A DNA stretch of 64,000 nt from Lysobacterales bacterium (GCA_038236425.1 JBBRZU010000001.1:6006-70005); one strand, 5' to 3'; shown: positions 41,571 through 52,012, counted from the stretch's first letter. The notes: generated by a model not told the origin, from the letters alone. A program made the numbers and translations.

Positions 41571-44071
41571 CCGGGTTCGCCGCCGCAGGCGCCGCACGCG
41601 AGGCGGATGCGACGGCCGATGCGACGGCCGATGCGACGGCGCGATGGCCGGAGGTGGCGGATGCGTGGCTGGAACGCCTTACCGTCTTCGTCATCGCCAC
41701 CGGACTGTGTGGCCTCGGCCTCGCGCTGGTTGGCCGATTCGTCGCGCAATCGGCCCTGGTCATGGGTTTGCTGGCGGTCGTGCTGTACCACCTCGCAGTT
41801 CGGGCAGCCGATACGCAGGCTGCGCCTGCGGCGCCCTTGATCAATGCGCCGGCGCTGCGCTGGCGCCACTTGCTGCCGGTGCTGCTGCTGGCGCTGCTGT
41901 TCCGCCTGGTGCCGTATCCCTATGTGCTTGGCGGCCAGGACGAGGGCGTCTATACCAACGTCGCCGCGCACATCGTGCGCAGCCAGGGCATCGCGGTCGA
42001 CGATCCCGCATGGTCGCGCCTGTCTGGCAGCACAGCGCGCGCTGCCTATATTGCCGACAATTACAAAGGTAACTTCCTGCCGGGCGTCTATACGCTTCCC
42101 GGCGAAACACCCGGACTTGTATTCCAGTTCTACCACTTGTTCCCGGTCTGGCTGGCGATCTTCGGTGGTCTGTTCGGCTTCGGTGCCTCGACCTTTGGGC
42201 TGACCTTCCTCTCGCTGGTTGCGGTGCTGTTCTTCCAGCGGCTGGCGATTGCGCTCAGCGGCAGTGAACGCGTCGGCCTGGCCGCTGGATTGTTGTTCGC
42301 CGTCAATCCGCTGCTCGCCTTCTTTTCGAAATTTCCACTCGCAGAAATCCCGACGCTTGGATTTTCGCTTGCCGGATTCACCTGGCTCGCGCGCTATGCG
42401 CAGGCCGGTAGCGGGGCGCGACAACGCCGTTGGCTGTGGCTGTCGGCCGCCTGTTTCGCCAGCCTGTTCCTGACCCGCGTGTCGGGCTTCATGTACCTGC
42501 CGATCCTGTTTGCCCTGGCCTGGCTGACACCGCTGCTCGATCCGGACGTCGCACGCGCCCGCGCGATTGGCCGCTGGGCTTACGCGACGATCGGGTTGTA
42601 TGTCGTCTCGATCCTCTATGGCCTGACTTGGTCGCGCCCGTATGCCATCTGGTCGTATGACCAGATGTTCGGTCTCGCCATCGGGCCGACTTGGCCTATC
42701 GTGCTGTTGGCACTCGCGGGGCTGACCGGCGTTGCGTCGCTGCTGCTGTGGCGCCTGCCCGCCGGGGGCGCTGTCGCCTTGCGCCTGGCCGCCATGGTGC
42801 CGCGCGCGGAGGCATTGCTCGGGCCGGCCCTGTTTGTGCTGCTGGGACTGGGCGCATGGAAGCTGTACCAACTGGGATTCGGCACGCGCTACCTGCACGA
42901 TGCCTTCTTCGTGCAGTTCACCGGCATCGCCGGGCTGGGCTGGGCGAGCCTGGCCAGTGGCAGTCTGGTTGCTGCCGCGGTCTACCTGTGCCCGCTGGTC
43001 GCGATCGCGTACGTGTGGCTTGCCCAGCGCCGCTGGGTCGCGCCGGGCGCACGCCTGCTGCTGCCCTTTCTGCTGTGTTTCGTCGCCTACGCGGCGGTGC
43101 TCAACTGGGTCCTTCCCTACCAGCCCTACTACGCGCGCTACCTGTCGAGCGAGCTGGTGCCGTACGCACTGCTGTTCGTCACCTGCTGCCTGGCCTGGCT
43201 GGAAGCCGCGACCGCACGGCGCTTCCTGGCTGCCGTGCTGGTGGTGTCCGGCCTGTATGCCGTTGCACTGTCGTCGGCGCAACTGGGTCGGGTCGAGAAT
43301 GCCGGAGCCTTCGACAGTGTCGGCCGCGTCGCCGCATTCGCGGGTGACGGCGACGTGCTGCTGCTCGACGGTCGTGCTGACCAGGGATTCGCTCCCGAGG
43401 AACTGAAGACCCCGCTTGCCTACATGTTCGGACGCAACGTGGTGACCGCCGGCAATCAATCACTGGATGAACTCGGACTGCTGGGCGGCTTGGCTGGCGC
43501 TTATGACCAGGTTTTCCTCGTCACCGGATCGGCGATCACGCCCCCGGGCTTCGTGCGCAGCGGCTTTGTCCGCCTGCGGGCCAGCAACTTCGTGCGTAGC
43601 GCGCATCCCCCGCTGGCGCTCGCAACGGCGGTTGATGCGCCGCTATGGATCTATCGCCTGGAATCGGTGGACTTCAGCCCGGGGCGCACCCTGTCCGTGG
43701 ATGCGGCGCGCGATGCACGCGTGCTGTCCCAGGTCGGACGCCGCCGCCAAGGCCTGGGCCTGGTCGGCAACGGGCGCGCGGGATTCCTTGCCTACGGCCC
43801 GTACGTCCCGGTTCCCGCCGGCACCTACCAGCTACAGGTTTTGGGCAGCGATGCTGAGGGTGTCGTCCGCGTCGACGTGGCGATGGCGGAGGGTTCGCGG
43901 GTGCTGGCATCGGCCGCGCCAGTGGCCGGCGCCCCGGCGAAGGTCGGCGCGATCGCGGCCTTCGTGTTCGATGTTCCAGAGCCCGGAGCGAGTGACCTCG
44001 AGGTACGCGTCGTCGTGCCTGCAGGCGCGTCCGCATCGCTGCGCGGATATACCATTCGCCGCCTGCACTGA
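41567..44071 (+). CDS. Polytopic GT-C-fold glycosyltransferase (PMT/ArnT-like) with C-terminal GRAGFLxYGPY domain
   Basis: Many TM helices, GGQDEGVY acidic motif in the first loop, FYHLFPVW, YYARYL. Confidence 0.72.
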   Translation: MTGFAAAGAAREADATADATADATARWPEVADAWLERLTVFVIATGLCGLGLALVGRFVAQSALVMGLLAVVLYHLAVRAADTQAAPAAPLINAPALRWRHLLPVLLLALLFRLVPYPYVLGGQDEGVYTNVAAHIVRSQGIAVDDPAWSRLSGSTARAAYIADNYKGNFLPGVYTLPGETPGLVFQFYHLFPVWLAIFGGLFGFGASTFGLTFLSLVAVLFFQRLAIALSGSERVGLAAGLLFAVNPLLAFFSKFPLAEIPTLGFSLAGFTWLARYAQAGSGARQRRWLWLSAACFASLFLTRVSGFMYLPILFALAWLTPLLDPDVARARAIGRWAYATIGLYVVSILYGLTWSRPYAIWSYDQMFGLAIGPTWPIVLLALAGLTGVASLLLWRLPAGGAVALRLAAMVPRAEALLGPALFVLLGLGAWKLYQLGFGTRYLHDAFFVQFTGIAGLGWASLASGSLVAAAVYLCPLVAIAYVWLAQRRWVAPGARLLLPFLLCFVAYAAVLNWVLPYQPYYARYLSSELVPYALLFVTCCLAWLEAATARRFLAAVLVVSGLYAVALSSAQLGRVENAGAFDSVGRVAAFAGDGDVLLLDGRADQGFAPEELKTPLAYMFGRNVVTAGNQSLDELGLLGGLAGAYDQVFLVTGSAITPPGFVRSGFVRLRASNFVRSAHPPLALATAVDAPLWIYRLESVDFSPGRTLSVDAARDARVLSQVGRRRQGLGLVGNGRAGFLAYGPYVPVPAGTYQLQVLGSDAEGVVRVDVAMAEGSRVLASAAPVAGAPAKVGAIAAFVFDVPEPGASDLEVRVVVPAGASASLRGYTIRRLH

Positions 44072-44108
44072 GGCCGGCGCCCGCATGCCCGCGCGCCGGG
44101 CGGGACGC

Positions 44109-44137
44109 AAAAAAAGATCCGCCCTCGCGGGCGGATC
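44109..44137 (-). terminator. Intrinsic terminator of secreted protein 1
   Basis: Stem GATCCGCCC-TCGC-GGGCGGATC with an A7 tract on its left. Confidence 0.85.
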
Positions 44138-44172
44138 CTGGTTCGTCGAAACGGCGCGCGCTTTCGCTGCGA

Positions 44173-45477
44173 TCAGAACGGCGCGACGGTGTCGTGGTAG
44201 CGGATCAGGTCGCCCAGCGTGTGGCCGCTGCCGCTCTGGCAGTGCAATTTGTAGGCACGCACGGCGCCGGTATTGGTTTCGGAGTCCTCGACCTCGATGC
44301 GGTAACGCGTGTTGGAACCACCGTTGCGCTGGGCCTTGTCGCCGAGATAGACGTCGCCGAATCCGGTCACGTTGTTGCCGCCCGCAAGCACGAGCCCGTT
44401 CGGGTCGAGCAGCCGCATCTCGAGGCCGTAGCTTGGCAGGACGCGGGTGCTGGTGGTGTTCGGGTCGATGAGTTCGCAACTCACGAAATCCGGGTGGCGG
44501 AAATAGACGATGTGCGTATTCGCGTTCGCGCCGGCCAGGATGGAGAAAGTGCGACCGATCGCATCCACGGAGGTCAGCGTGTTGCGGGCCGCGATGTTGT
44601 CCTGCGCGCCGACAATGTCGCCGGGATAGGCCTGGCCACCGGCGGCGGTTTCCTGCTTGGCGATGCGGAAGTCGGCGCCGAAGGAGGTGTTGTCCTGCAC
44701 TGTGCAGTAGGAAATCAGCCCCGGGTCGGGCAGCGCGGTCTCATCCACGTAGAACTGCGCGTCGTTGTAATTGCCGACTGCGCCGACTGCTGCGAAAACG
44801 TCGAGCAGGCGCACGATCTTTCCGGGGGTCAGGTCCAGGCTGCCGGCGTTGCCGATCAGGTTGCCGACGCTGTCGCGCAAGGCGTAATTGATGTGGATCG
44901 TACCCGACGAGGCCGAGGTCTCGTTGAGCACGCCCACGAAGCAGTTGGTCTGGTAGGTCGGCTGGCCACCGGTGGCGGCGATGCTGCGCAGACCGTTCAC
45001 CACGAGGTCGGCGGATGTGAAGGTCTCGGCCGGGAACGCCTCAACGGAGGCGCCGACACCCGCGGGATTGAAATAGCGGGAAAACGCCGCGAACGGCAGG
45101 TGTGTGCTGCCCGTCTGGGTCATGTACAGGTAGCCGAACTGGCTGCCGGCGGGCAGGGAGGAGACGTTCGTCACCAGGCACAGGTTACGCAGGCTGTCGA
45201 CCGTTGCCGTCTTGCCCGGGGCGATGACCACGTCATTGCAAGCCTGGGGCGACTGGGAGGCGAAGTTCGTCGCCGGGTAAAAGACGGTCTTGATGGTCAG
45301 CGTCGTCGAGTTCGGGTTGCGGAAACTGAAGCGCTGCGCGAACGATGTGGTATCGACAACCAGCGGGAACACCTGGATGGAGTGATAACCGTCGGTGGAC
45401 TGGGCTGACGCGTGGCTGCTTGCGAGGGCTGCGACAAGGCACACGGCGGACAAACCAAGGAACTTGAAGGGGTTCAC
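44173..45477 (-). CDS. Secreted hypothetical protein (paralog A)
   Basis: Signal peptide ending ASA-QSTDGYH; beta-rich, conserved Cys, terminal Phe. Confidence 0.85.
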   Translation of the reverse strand: MNPFKFLGLSAVCLVAALASSHASAQSTDGYHSIQVFPLVVDTTSFAQRFSFRNPNSTTLTIKTVFYPATNFASQSPQACNDVVIAPGKTATVDSLRNLCLVTNVSSLPAGSQFGYLYMTQTGSTHLPFAAFSRYFNPAGVGASVEAFPAETFTSADLVVNGLRSIAATGGQPTYQTNCFVGVLNETSASSGTIHINYALRDSVGNLIGNAGSLDLTPGKIVRLLDVFAAVGAVGNYNDAQFYVDETALPDPGLISYCTVQDNTSFGADFRIAKQETAAGGQAYPGDIVGAQDNIAARNTLTSVDAIGRTFSILAGANANTHIVYFRHPDFVSCELIDPNTTSTRVLPSYGLEMRLLDPNGLVLAGGNNVTGFGDVYLGDKAQRNGGSNTRYRIEVEDSETNTGAVRAYKLHCQSGSGHTLGDLIRYHDTVAPF

Positions 45478-45634
45478 GGGGGTGACTCCGGGGATCTCGA
45501 TGAGTCGACATATTTACATATATCGCCAGTGGGAACAGGGGGCTGTGGCTTTCGAGGCTTGCGCCCGATCACAGTCCGGGCTGTCCGTGCGTCGCGTCGC
45601 CGGGACAGAATGCCGGAAATGGGACTCCTTGCCC

Positions 45635-45664
45635 AAAAAAGCGCCCTCCACAGGGGAGGGCGCT
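45635..45664 (-). terminator. Intrinsic terminator of secreted protein 2
   Basis: Stem GCGCCCTCC-ACAGG-GGAGGGCGC with an A6 tract on its left. Confidence 0.85.
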
Positions 45665-45685
45665 GGTTATACCGTTGCTGGCCGT

Positions 45686-47002
45686 TCAGAACCGGACGAC
45701 TGCTTCCTGGTAACGCAGGATGTCGCCATCGGTGTGCCCGCTGCCGCTGACGCAATGCAGCTTGTAGGACCGCGCGACCGCGGTGTTCTGGCCGTTGGTC
45801 TCGACTTCGATCGTGTATCGGGTATTGGCGCCGTTGTTGCGCTGGTATTTGTCACCCAGATAAAGCGTGTTGAAGCCCGTGGCGTCGTTGCCGCCGGCGA
45901 GGATGAGGCCATCCGAGCCGATGATTCGCATTTCCAGGCCGTAGGTCGCCAAGGCGCGCACATTGGTGGCCGGATCGATGATCTCGCACTGCACGTAGTC
46001 AGGATGGCGGAAGTAGACGACGTGGGTATTCATGCCCGTCGCGCCTGACGGAATCGTGAAGGGACGGCCGGTGGGCAGCCCGCTCATGATCATGTCGCTG
46101 GAGATCGTGGAATCGCGCAGCACGTGCTCGTCCTGTGCCGCCGGCGTCTGGGTCAGCGAGATCTGGCTGAAGCCCCGCTCCTGCTTGGCGATGCGGAAGT
46201 CGGCACCGTAGCTGGTGTTGTCCTGCACGGTGCAGAACGACAGGATGCCCGGCTCGCCGCTGCCGCTTTCCTCGAAGGTGACGCGGGCGTTGTCGTAGTT
46301 GCCCGCCGGCGCGCCAACTGCCGCGAATACATCGAGTAGCCGCACCAAGTGGCCCGGCAGGACGGCAAACGTGGTGGTGCTGCCGAGCAGGGCGCCGGCG
46401 CTGTCGCGGACCGACACCAGCACGTCGCTGGAAGTACCCACCGTCACGTTGACGTTGTTCATCTTGCCGATGAAGCAATTGGTCTGGAACGCAGGCTGCC
46501 CGCCAGACGCCGCGATGCGCCGGATGTCGGTCACGACGCTGTCGGCCGAGGTAAAGGTGTGTGCCGGGAACGCCTCGACCGTGAAGCCGATGCCGGCCGG
46601 ATTGCTTACCCTGGAAAACGCCGCAAACGGGCGCTTGCGCGTGGTGCTGCTTTCATTCACATAGACGATGCCGAATTGGTTTCCGATTGCCAGGCTCGGG
46701 CACAGCGCACGCAGGCTGTTGAACACGGCCTGGCTGTTCGCGGGGATGGCAACCGCAGGGCACAGGATTGCCGTTGCCTGCGAGGTGCCGGTGCCCGGCA
46801 GGTATTGCACCGTCAGCCCGATCGCATTGTCCGCATCCGGATTGCGAAACGTGAAACGTTGGGCGAACGACGCCGAATCGACCGCGACCGGAAACACCTG
46901 GATCGCGTGGTAGCCGTCGGTGGACTGGGCAAGCGCCGACTGGGCGCCGGTCATCGCGGCCATGCACAATCCTGCGACTGCCAGGGTCTTGAAGGTGGTC
47001 AA
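45686..47002 (-). CDS. Secreted hypothetical protein (paralog B)
   Basis: TTG start after AAGGAG; ALA-QSTDGYH; colinear with paralog A. Confidence 0.85.
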   Translation of the reverse strand: MTTFKTLAVAGLCMAAMTGAQSALAQSTDGYHAIQVFPVAVDSASFAQRFTFRNPDADNAIGLTVQYLPGTGTSQATAILCPAVAIPANSQAVFNSLRALCPSLAIGNQFGIVYVNESSTTRKRPFAAFSRVSNPAGIGFTVEAFPAHTFTSADSVVTDIRRIAASGGQPAFQTNCFIGKMNNVNVTVGTSSDVLVSVRDSAGALLGSTTTFAVLPGHLVRLLDVFAAVGAPAGNYDNARVTFEESGSGEPGILSFCTVQDNTSYGADFRIAKQERGFSQISLTQTPAAQDEHVLRDSTISSDMIMSGLPTGRPFTIPSGATGMNTHVVYFRHPDYVQCEIIDPATNVRALATYGLEMRIIGSDGLILAGGNDATGFNTLYLGDKYQRNNGANTRYTIEVETNGQNTAVARSYKLHCVSGSGHTDGDILRYQEAVVRF

Positions 47003-47127
47003 TGCATTCTCCTTGGGTTGCGGCCGCGGCGACGGAGTGCGGTTTCCACGTCCGGTCTGGCCAGACGCATATGGTTGCACAAAAGGCCCGTGTCCGAGGA
47101 AAACTGACCGCAGGAAGGGCCGATGGT

Positions 47128-47682
47128 TCAGGGGTTGCGTTGCGCCTGGTCCCGGGCCCTTTCGGCGGCCCGCAACTTTTCCACCTGCTGCTCGGTCAGG
47201 TGGACGCCCTGGGTCGGCGCAACCACGGCCGGCCCGCCATCCGCCCACATGTCCACGGCTGCAAACGTTCCGGGCGCATTGGCGGCGGTCTTGATGTCTT
47301 CAGCCCGCATCGGATGGCTCACGCCATTGGCATCCACGCGATAGCCAACGATGTCGGTGGGCGCGGCCTTGATCGGGACCGGCTTGGCATCGGGAGTCCT
47401 GGGGCCGGGCGGCAATCCGGCGGCACTGAGGATGCGCTTGCCATCGGCGTCAAGCAGGATCCCCTGTTCCCAGTGCGCGCCCGGGGGAAGGCTGGGATCG
47501 CCCGAGCTATACACAGCTGCCCGCACTGGCGCGGGAGCCGGTGGCGGCGGGGCCGCAACGGTCGCCACGGGCGCGCTTTCGCGCCGCATCCAGAAGAACA
47601 GGGCGACCAGCGCCAACACCAGCGCGACCAGGATCAGGGAGCCGCGTCGAGGCGGGGCGGGCGAGTTGTCTGTGCTGTTCAT
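47128..47682 (-). CDS. Membrane-anchored hypothetical protein
   Basis: MNSTDNS..., single N-terminal TM helix, Pro-rich linker; co-oriented with the secreted pair. Confidence 0.7.
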   Translation of the reverse strand: MNSTDNSPAPPRRGSLILVALVLALVALFFWMRRESAPVATVAAPPPPAPAPVRAAVYSSGDPSLPPGAHWEQGILLDADGKRILSAAGLPPGPRTPDAKPVPIKAAPTDIVGYRVDANGVSHPMRAEDIKTAANAPGTFAAVDMWADGGPAVVAPTQGVHLTEQQVEKLRAAERARDQAQRNP

Positions 47683-47934
47683 CTTGCGTGCAAATCCCGG
47701 GGGAGGAAGTCGGGACGGTTCGGTCCCTCGACACGATGGTAGCAAGCGCGCTGCCTGCCTGCGTTCACGCCGCCCGGCCTGCGTTCGCGCCGCTTGCCCG
47801 CGTCGGCACCACCCGGCCACGTTGCCGTGCGCGATGCTGCCGCGTATCGTGCCCTGCTGTCCGGCCAGTGAAAGGAACACCATGACGCCGACCCGGCCCC
47901 GACCCGGCCCGATGCCGAACCTGGGCCCGGACCG

Positions 47935-48876
47935 GTGAAGCTGGTCCTGCAACTGCCCTGCCGCGACGAAGCGGGACAACTGCCTGCCACGCTGGCCGGA
48001 TTGCCACGCCAGGTACCGGGCTTCGACCACGTGGAATGGCTGGTCATCGATGACGGGTCCAGCGATGGCACGGCCGAGGTGGCGCGCGCCGCGGGCGCAG
48101 ACCACGTCCTGCGATTGCCCGAGAACCGTGGCCTGGCGCGTGCCTTCGCGGCCGGGCTGGAAGCCGCCTGCAGGCTCGGCGCCGACGTCATCGTCAATGT
48201 TGATGGCGACAACCAGTACCGCAGCGAATTCATCGGCGCGCTGTGCGAGCCGCTGGTGGCCGGTCGCGCGGATATCGTGGTGGGCTGTCGCCCGATCGCG
48301 CGGATTGCGCATTTTTCCGGCTTGAAGAAATTGCTGCAGCGGCTCGGCAGCGCCGTGGTCCGCCTGGTCGCGGGAGTGAAGGTGAGCGATGCCACCAGCG
48401 GCTTTCGCGCCTACACGCGCGAAGCCGCGATGTCGCTCAACGTGTACTCACGCTACACCTACACACTGGAAACGCTGGTGCAGGCCGGGCAGGCGAAGCT
48501 TCGCGTGCTCAGCGTGCCGGTTGAAGTGAATGCGCCGACGCGGCCCTCGCGCCTGATGCGCAGCAGCAGCGAATATGTCCGGCGTTCCCTGCTGACCATG
48601 TTGCGATCGTTCGTCATCTATCGACCGCTGCGCTTTTTCCTGGTGCCGACGGTGCTGGCCACCGGGCTTGGCACGGCGATCGGCGCGCGCTTCATGGTGC
48701 TGTGGATGGGCGGCAATGGCAGCGGCAATGTGCAGTCGCTGATCCTCGCCGCGATCCTGATCATCCTCGGTGCGGTCTGCCTGTCGATCGGACTTGCCGC
48801 CGACCTGCTGTCGGTGAACCGGCGACTGCTCGAGGATATCCAGGCCAGCCAGCGACGGCGCGACTGGCGCCCGTGA
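47935..48876 (+). CDS. GT2 polyprenol-phosphate glycosyltransferase (DPM1-like)
   Basis: VIDDGSSDGT, NRGLARAF, DGDNQY, DATSGFRAY, two C-terminal TM helices. Confidence 0.9.
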   Translation: MKLVLQLPCRDEAGQLPATLAGLPRQVPGFDHVEWLVIDDGSSDGTAEVARAAGADHVLRLPENRGLARAFAAGLEAACRLGADVIVNVDGDNQYRSEFIGALCEPLVAGRADIVVGCRPIARIAHFSGLKKLLQRLGSAVVRLVAGVKVSDATSGFRAYTREAAMSLNVYSRYTYTLETLVQAGQAKLRVLSVPVEVNAPTRPSRLMRSSSEYVRRSLLTMLRSFVIYRPLRFFLVPTVLATGLGTAIGARFMVLWMGGNGSGNVQSLILAAILIILGAVCLSIGLAADLLSVNRRLLEDIQASQRRRDWRP

Positions 48877-50030
48877 GCGGCAGCCTGTGGATGCTCAGTC
48901 GCAAACATCCGCCCAGCGTCGGCGGCATGCAGCAACTGAGCTGGCACCTGGTGCAGGGCCTGTCGCGACAACGCCCGGTAACCGCGATCACCTGGGGCCG
49001 TGGCAGCCGGGGCCGTGGCAGCTGGGGCCTGCCGCTGTTCTTTGCCTGGGCGCAGTTGCGCCTGGCCTGGGGACTGGCGCGCGGGCGCATCGCCGTCCTG
49101 CACCTCGGCGACCCGTCACTTGCTGCGCTGGCATGGCTGCCACGACTGGCTGGCGTGCCCGTGTTCGCCACCGTGCACGGCCTCGACATCACCTATCCGG
49201 CGCGCTGGTACCAGGCGTACCTGGCGCATTTTTTCTGGGGCAGGATGCGCGCCTACGCCTGCATCAGCCGGCATGTGCAGTCGCTGGTGCTGGCGCGCGG
49301 TATCGCTGCGCAGGATGCGCCGGTGATTCCGGTCGGGATCGACGTTGCCGCGTTTCTGGCGCACGCACCCGAATCCATCACCAGGCATGACGACTGCAGC
49401 GCTGACGACTGCGCCGAGGGGATCACCGACCGCAGCGATGACGGCCCGACCTTGCTGTGCCTTGGACGCCTGGTCGAACGAAAGGGTGTGGCCTGGTTTC
49501 TGGAATCAGTCGCGCCGCGCTGGCTGGTCCTGCATCCGCGGGGGCGGCTGAAGATTGCCGGTGACGGGCCATTGCGCGAGCGGATCATGGCGCTATCCAG
49601 GTCCCGCGGCATGGACGGTCGGATCGAGGTGCTGGGGGAAGTGGATGAGCCAGGCAAGCGGCGCCTGCTTGCCGAGGCTGACCTGTTGCTGATGCCAAAC
49701 ATCCGCGTGCCGGGTGACGCCGAAGGGTTTGGCCTGGTCTGCCTTGAAGCGGGAGCGAGTGCAACCTGGGTCCTTGCCGCTGATATCGAAGGCTTGCGCG
49801 ACGCCATCATCGAAGGCGAGAACGGCAACCGCGTCCCGTCCGGCGACCCGATCGCCTGGTCCAGGGCGCTGGATAATCTGTGTGCTGATCGTGATCGGCT
49901 GCGGTCACTGGGGTCATCCGCGCGATCAGCCGTCGACTTGCACTTCGGATGGCCGGCGATCGTCGCCAGCTACGCTGCATTGTCCGATTCGCTCGCTGCC
50001 GGCTGCGTCGGGAGCAGCACGCATGCCTGA
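48873..50030 (+). CDS. Glycosyltransferase family 4
   Basis: PPSVGGMQ, VHGLDI, GRLVERKG, DAEGFGLVCLEA. Confidence 0.88.
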   Translation: MSGSLWMLSRKHPPSVGGMQQLSWHLVQGLSRQRPVTAITWGRGSRGRGSWGLPLFFAWAQLRLAWGLARGRIAVLHLGDPSLAALAWLPRLAGVPVFATVHGLDITYPARWYQAYLAHFFWGRMRAYACISRHVQSLVLARGIAAQDAPVIPVGIDVAAFLAHAPESITRHDDCSADDCAEGITDRSDDGPTLLCLGRLVERKGVAWFLESVAPRWLVLHPRGRLKIAGDGPLRERIMALSRSRGMDGRIEVLGEVDEPGKRRLLAEADLLLMPNIRVPGDAEGFGLVCLEAGASATWVLAADIEGLRDAIIEGENGNRVPSGDPIAWSRALDNLCADRDRLRSLGSSARSAVDLHFGWPAIVASYAALSDSLAAGCVGSSTHA

Positions 50031-50940
50031 CCGGCGTTGGCGGTGGCTGGGCGCTGTGCTGGGCGTGGCCTTGCTCGCGCTGGTGCTGTGGCGCCTGGTG
50101 GAATACCGAGACCAGCTCGTCGTGGACTGGGCGACGCTGTCCTGGCCGCTGATCGGCGCGGCACTGGCGGCGTCGTGCGCCGCGCAATTTCTCTTGGCCA
50201 GTGCCTGGCACGTGCTGATACCGGCAACTGCGGCCGCCGGCTGGCGCATTGATGTCGCGCGATGGAGCGTGTCGCTGGCGGGGAAATATATTCCGGGAAA
50301 AGTTTTCCAGGCCGTGCTTCGCCTGGGCAGTTATCGCGCGCAGGGCGGCAGCACATTGGTGGCGCCGGCCATGCTGCGCGAGATCCTGTTGAGCATGAGT
50401 GCTGCCTGTGCCTGGGTTGCGGTGCACCTGGCGACCACCACGATGGGGCCGCGGGCACTCCTGTGGCCAATCGCATTGGCTGCGCTGGTTCTCGCGGTGG
50501 CCGCGCTGCCCTCGGCCAGCCGCCCATTCGGGCAACTCCTGCGGCGACTGATGCCCGGACAGGTGATCGCCACCGCGCCGGCCCAGTCGCGGATCCTCGC
50601 CGCCTGGGGGCTGCAGGCGGCTGCCTATCTCCTGCTGGGGGTGTCGGTCTGGTTGCTCGCGATCGCGCTCGCGCCGGGTCAGGCGCCGGGGCTGTTGGCC
50701 TGCCTCGCCGGTCTGTGTTTCGGCGGCGTCGTCGGCGTGGCTGCAATCATGGTGCCCGCCGGCATCGGCGTGCGCGAAGCGGCGCTGGCCTGGTATCTCG
50801 CCGCGTGGCTGCCGGCCGGGCCGGCCGCCCTGCTGGCGATTGCCGCGCGACTTTGCCTCACGGCCGCCGAATTCGCTGCGCTCCTGGTCGGGCTGTGGAT
50901 CGTCCGCGCCGGTCCTCCAACCTTGCCTGAGCCAACATGA
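50023..50940 (+). CDS. Lysylphosphatidylglycerol-synthase TM-domain (flippase-like) protein
   Basis: [17 protein letters not shown], multiple TM helices. Confidence 0.8.
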   Translation: MPDRRWRWLGAVLGVALLALVLWRLVEYRDQLVVDWATLSWPLIGAALAASCAAQFLLASAWHVLIPATAAAGWRIDVARWSVSLAGKYIPGKVFQAVLRLGSYRAQGGSTLVAPAMLREILLSMSAACAWVAVHLATTTMGPRALLWPIALAALVLAVAALPSASRPFGQLLRRLMPGQVIATAPAQSRILAAWGLQAAAYLLLGVSVWLLAIALAPGQAPGLLACLAGLCFGGVVGVAAIMVPAGIGVREAALAWYLAAWLPAGPAALLAIAARLCLTAAEFAALLVGLWIVRAGPPTLPEPT

Positions 50941-51890
50941 AAATCGCCATTCTGTCCCGCAACACCAAGCTGTATTCCACCCAGCGCCTGGTCGCGGCAG
51001 CGCGCGATCGCGGCCACACGGTGCGCGTGCTCGATCCGCTGCGCTGCTACATGAAGATCGCGCCCGGGCAGTTCGAGCTCCGCTACAAGGGCAAGCCAAT
51101 CGTCGGCGTTGATGCAGTGATCCCGCGCATCGGCGCCTCGGTGACCCGCTATGGCACCGCGGTGCTGCGCCAGTTCGAATTGATGGGCGCGTATGTCGCC
51201 AACAGTTCCGACGCGATCCTGCGTTCTCGCGACAAGCTGCGCGCGCACCAGATGCTGGCCGGCCAGGGCATCGACCTTCCGGTGACCGTGTTCGGCGACA
51301 ACCCCGACGACACCGACGACCTGCTCGGCCTGCTCGGCAAACCGCCACACGTGATCAAGCTGATCGAAGGATCGCAGGGCAATGGCGTGGTGCTGGCCGA
51401 CCACCTGTCGGCGTCGCGCAGCGTGATCGAAGCGTTCCGCGGCCTGTACGCCAACTTCATCGTCCAGGAGTTCATCGCCGAAGCGAAGGGCGCAGACCTG
51501 CGTTGCTTCGTGGTTGGCGACAAAGTCGTGGCGGCAATACGTCGCCAGGCTGACCCGGGCGAGTTTCGTTCCAACCTGCATCGCGGTGGCACGGCCAGCC
51601 GTGTGCGCCTGACCAAGGCCGAGATCGACGCTGCACTGCGTGCCGCGCGGGTGATGGGCCTGGAGGTGGCGGGCGTCGACCTGCTGCGCTCGCGCAGGGG
51701 GCCCCTGGTGCTGGAGGTCAACTCCTCGCCCGGCTTGGAGGGGATCGAGGGGGCAACCGGGGTGGATGTGGCCGGGGCCATCCTGGACCACGTGGCGGCC
51801 CGCAGGCCCCCCAAGGCGGCCAAGCGCACCCCCCGGGAAGGCCCCAAACCGGCCCCCGCCAACCGCCGGTCGGGCCGCGAGCAAAAATAA
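50937..51890 (+). CDS. rimK: RimK alpha-L-glutamate ligase
   Basis: [49 protein letters not shown]. Confidence 0.95.
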   Translation: MKIAILSRNTKLYSTQRLVAAARDRGHTVRVLDPLRCYMKIAPGQFELRYKGKPIVGVDAVIPRIGASVTRYGTAVLRQFELMGAYVANSSDAILRSRDKLRAHQMLAGQGIDLPVTVFGDNPDDTDDLLGLLGKPPHVIKLIEGSQGNGVVLADHLSASRSVIEAFRGLYANFIVQEFIAEAKGADLRCFVVGDKVVAAIRRQADPGEFRSNLHRGGTASRVRLTKAEIDAALRAARVMGLEVAGVDLLRSRRGPLVLEVNSSPGLEGIEGATGVDVAGAILDHVAARRPPKAAKRTPREGPKPAPANRRSGREQK

Positions 51891-52012
51891 GCAAAAATCG
51901 CCCGGATTTTAACGAATTCTTAATCTACTGGCCCCTAGGCTGATCGAGCCAAAACCGCTGGTCCTCCTCGTGGACCCCGCGATTACGGCAATCGGGACAT
52001 CTGTAAACCTTC

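Noticed and set aside
34873-50940. tRNA-Gly-integrated genomic island or prophage
   Set aside because: No integrase and no duplicated tRNA 3' end were noticed; GC content looks similar to the flanks.
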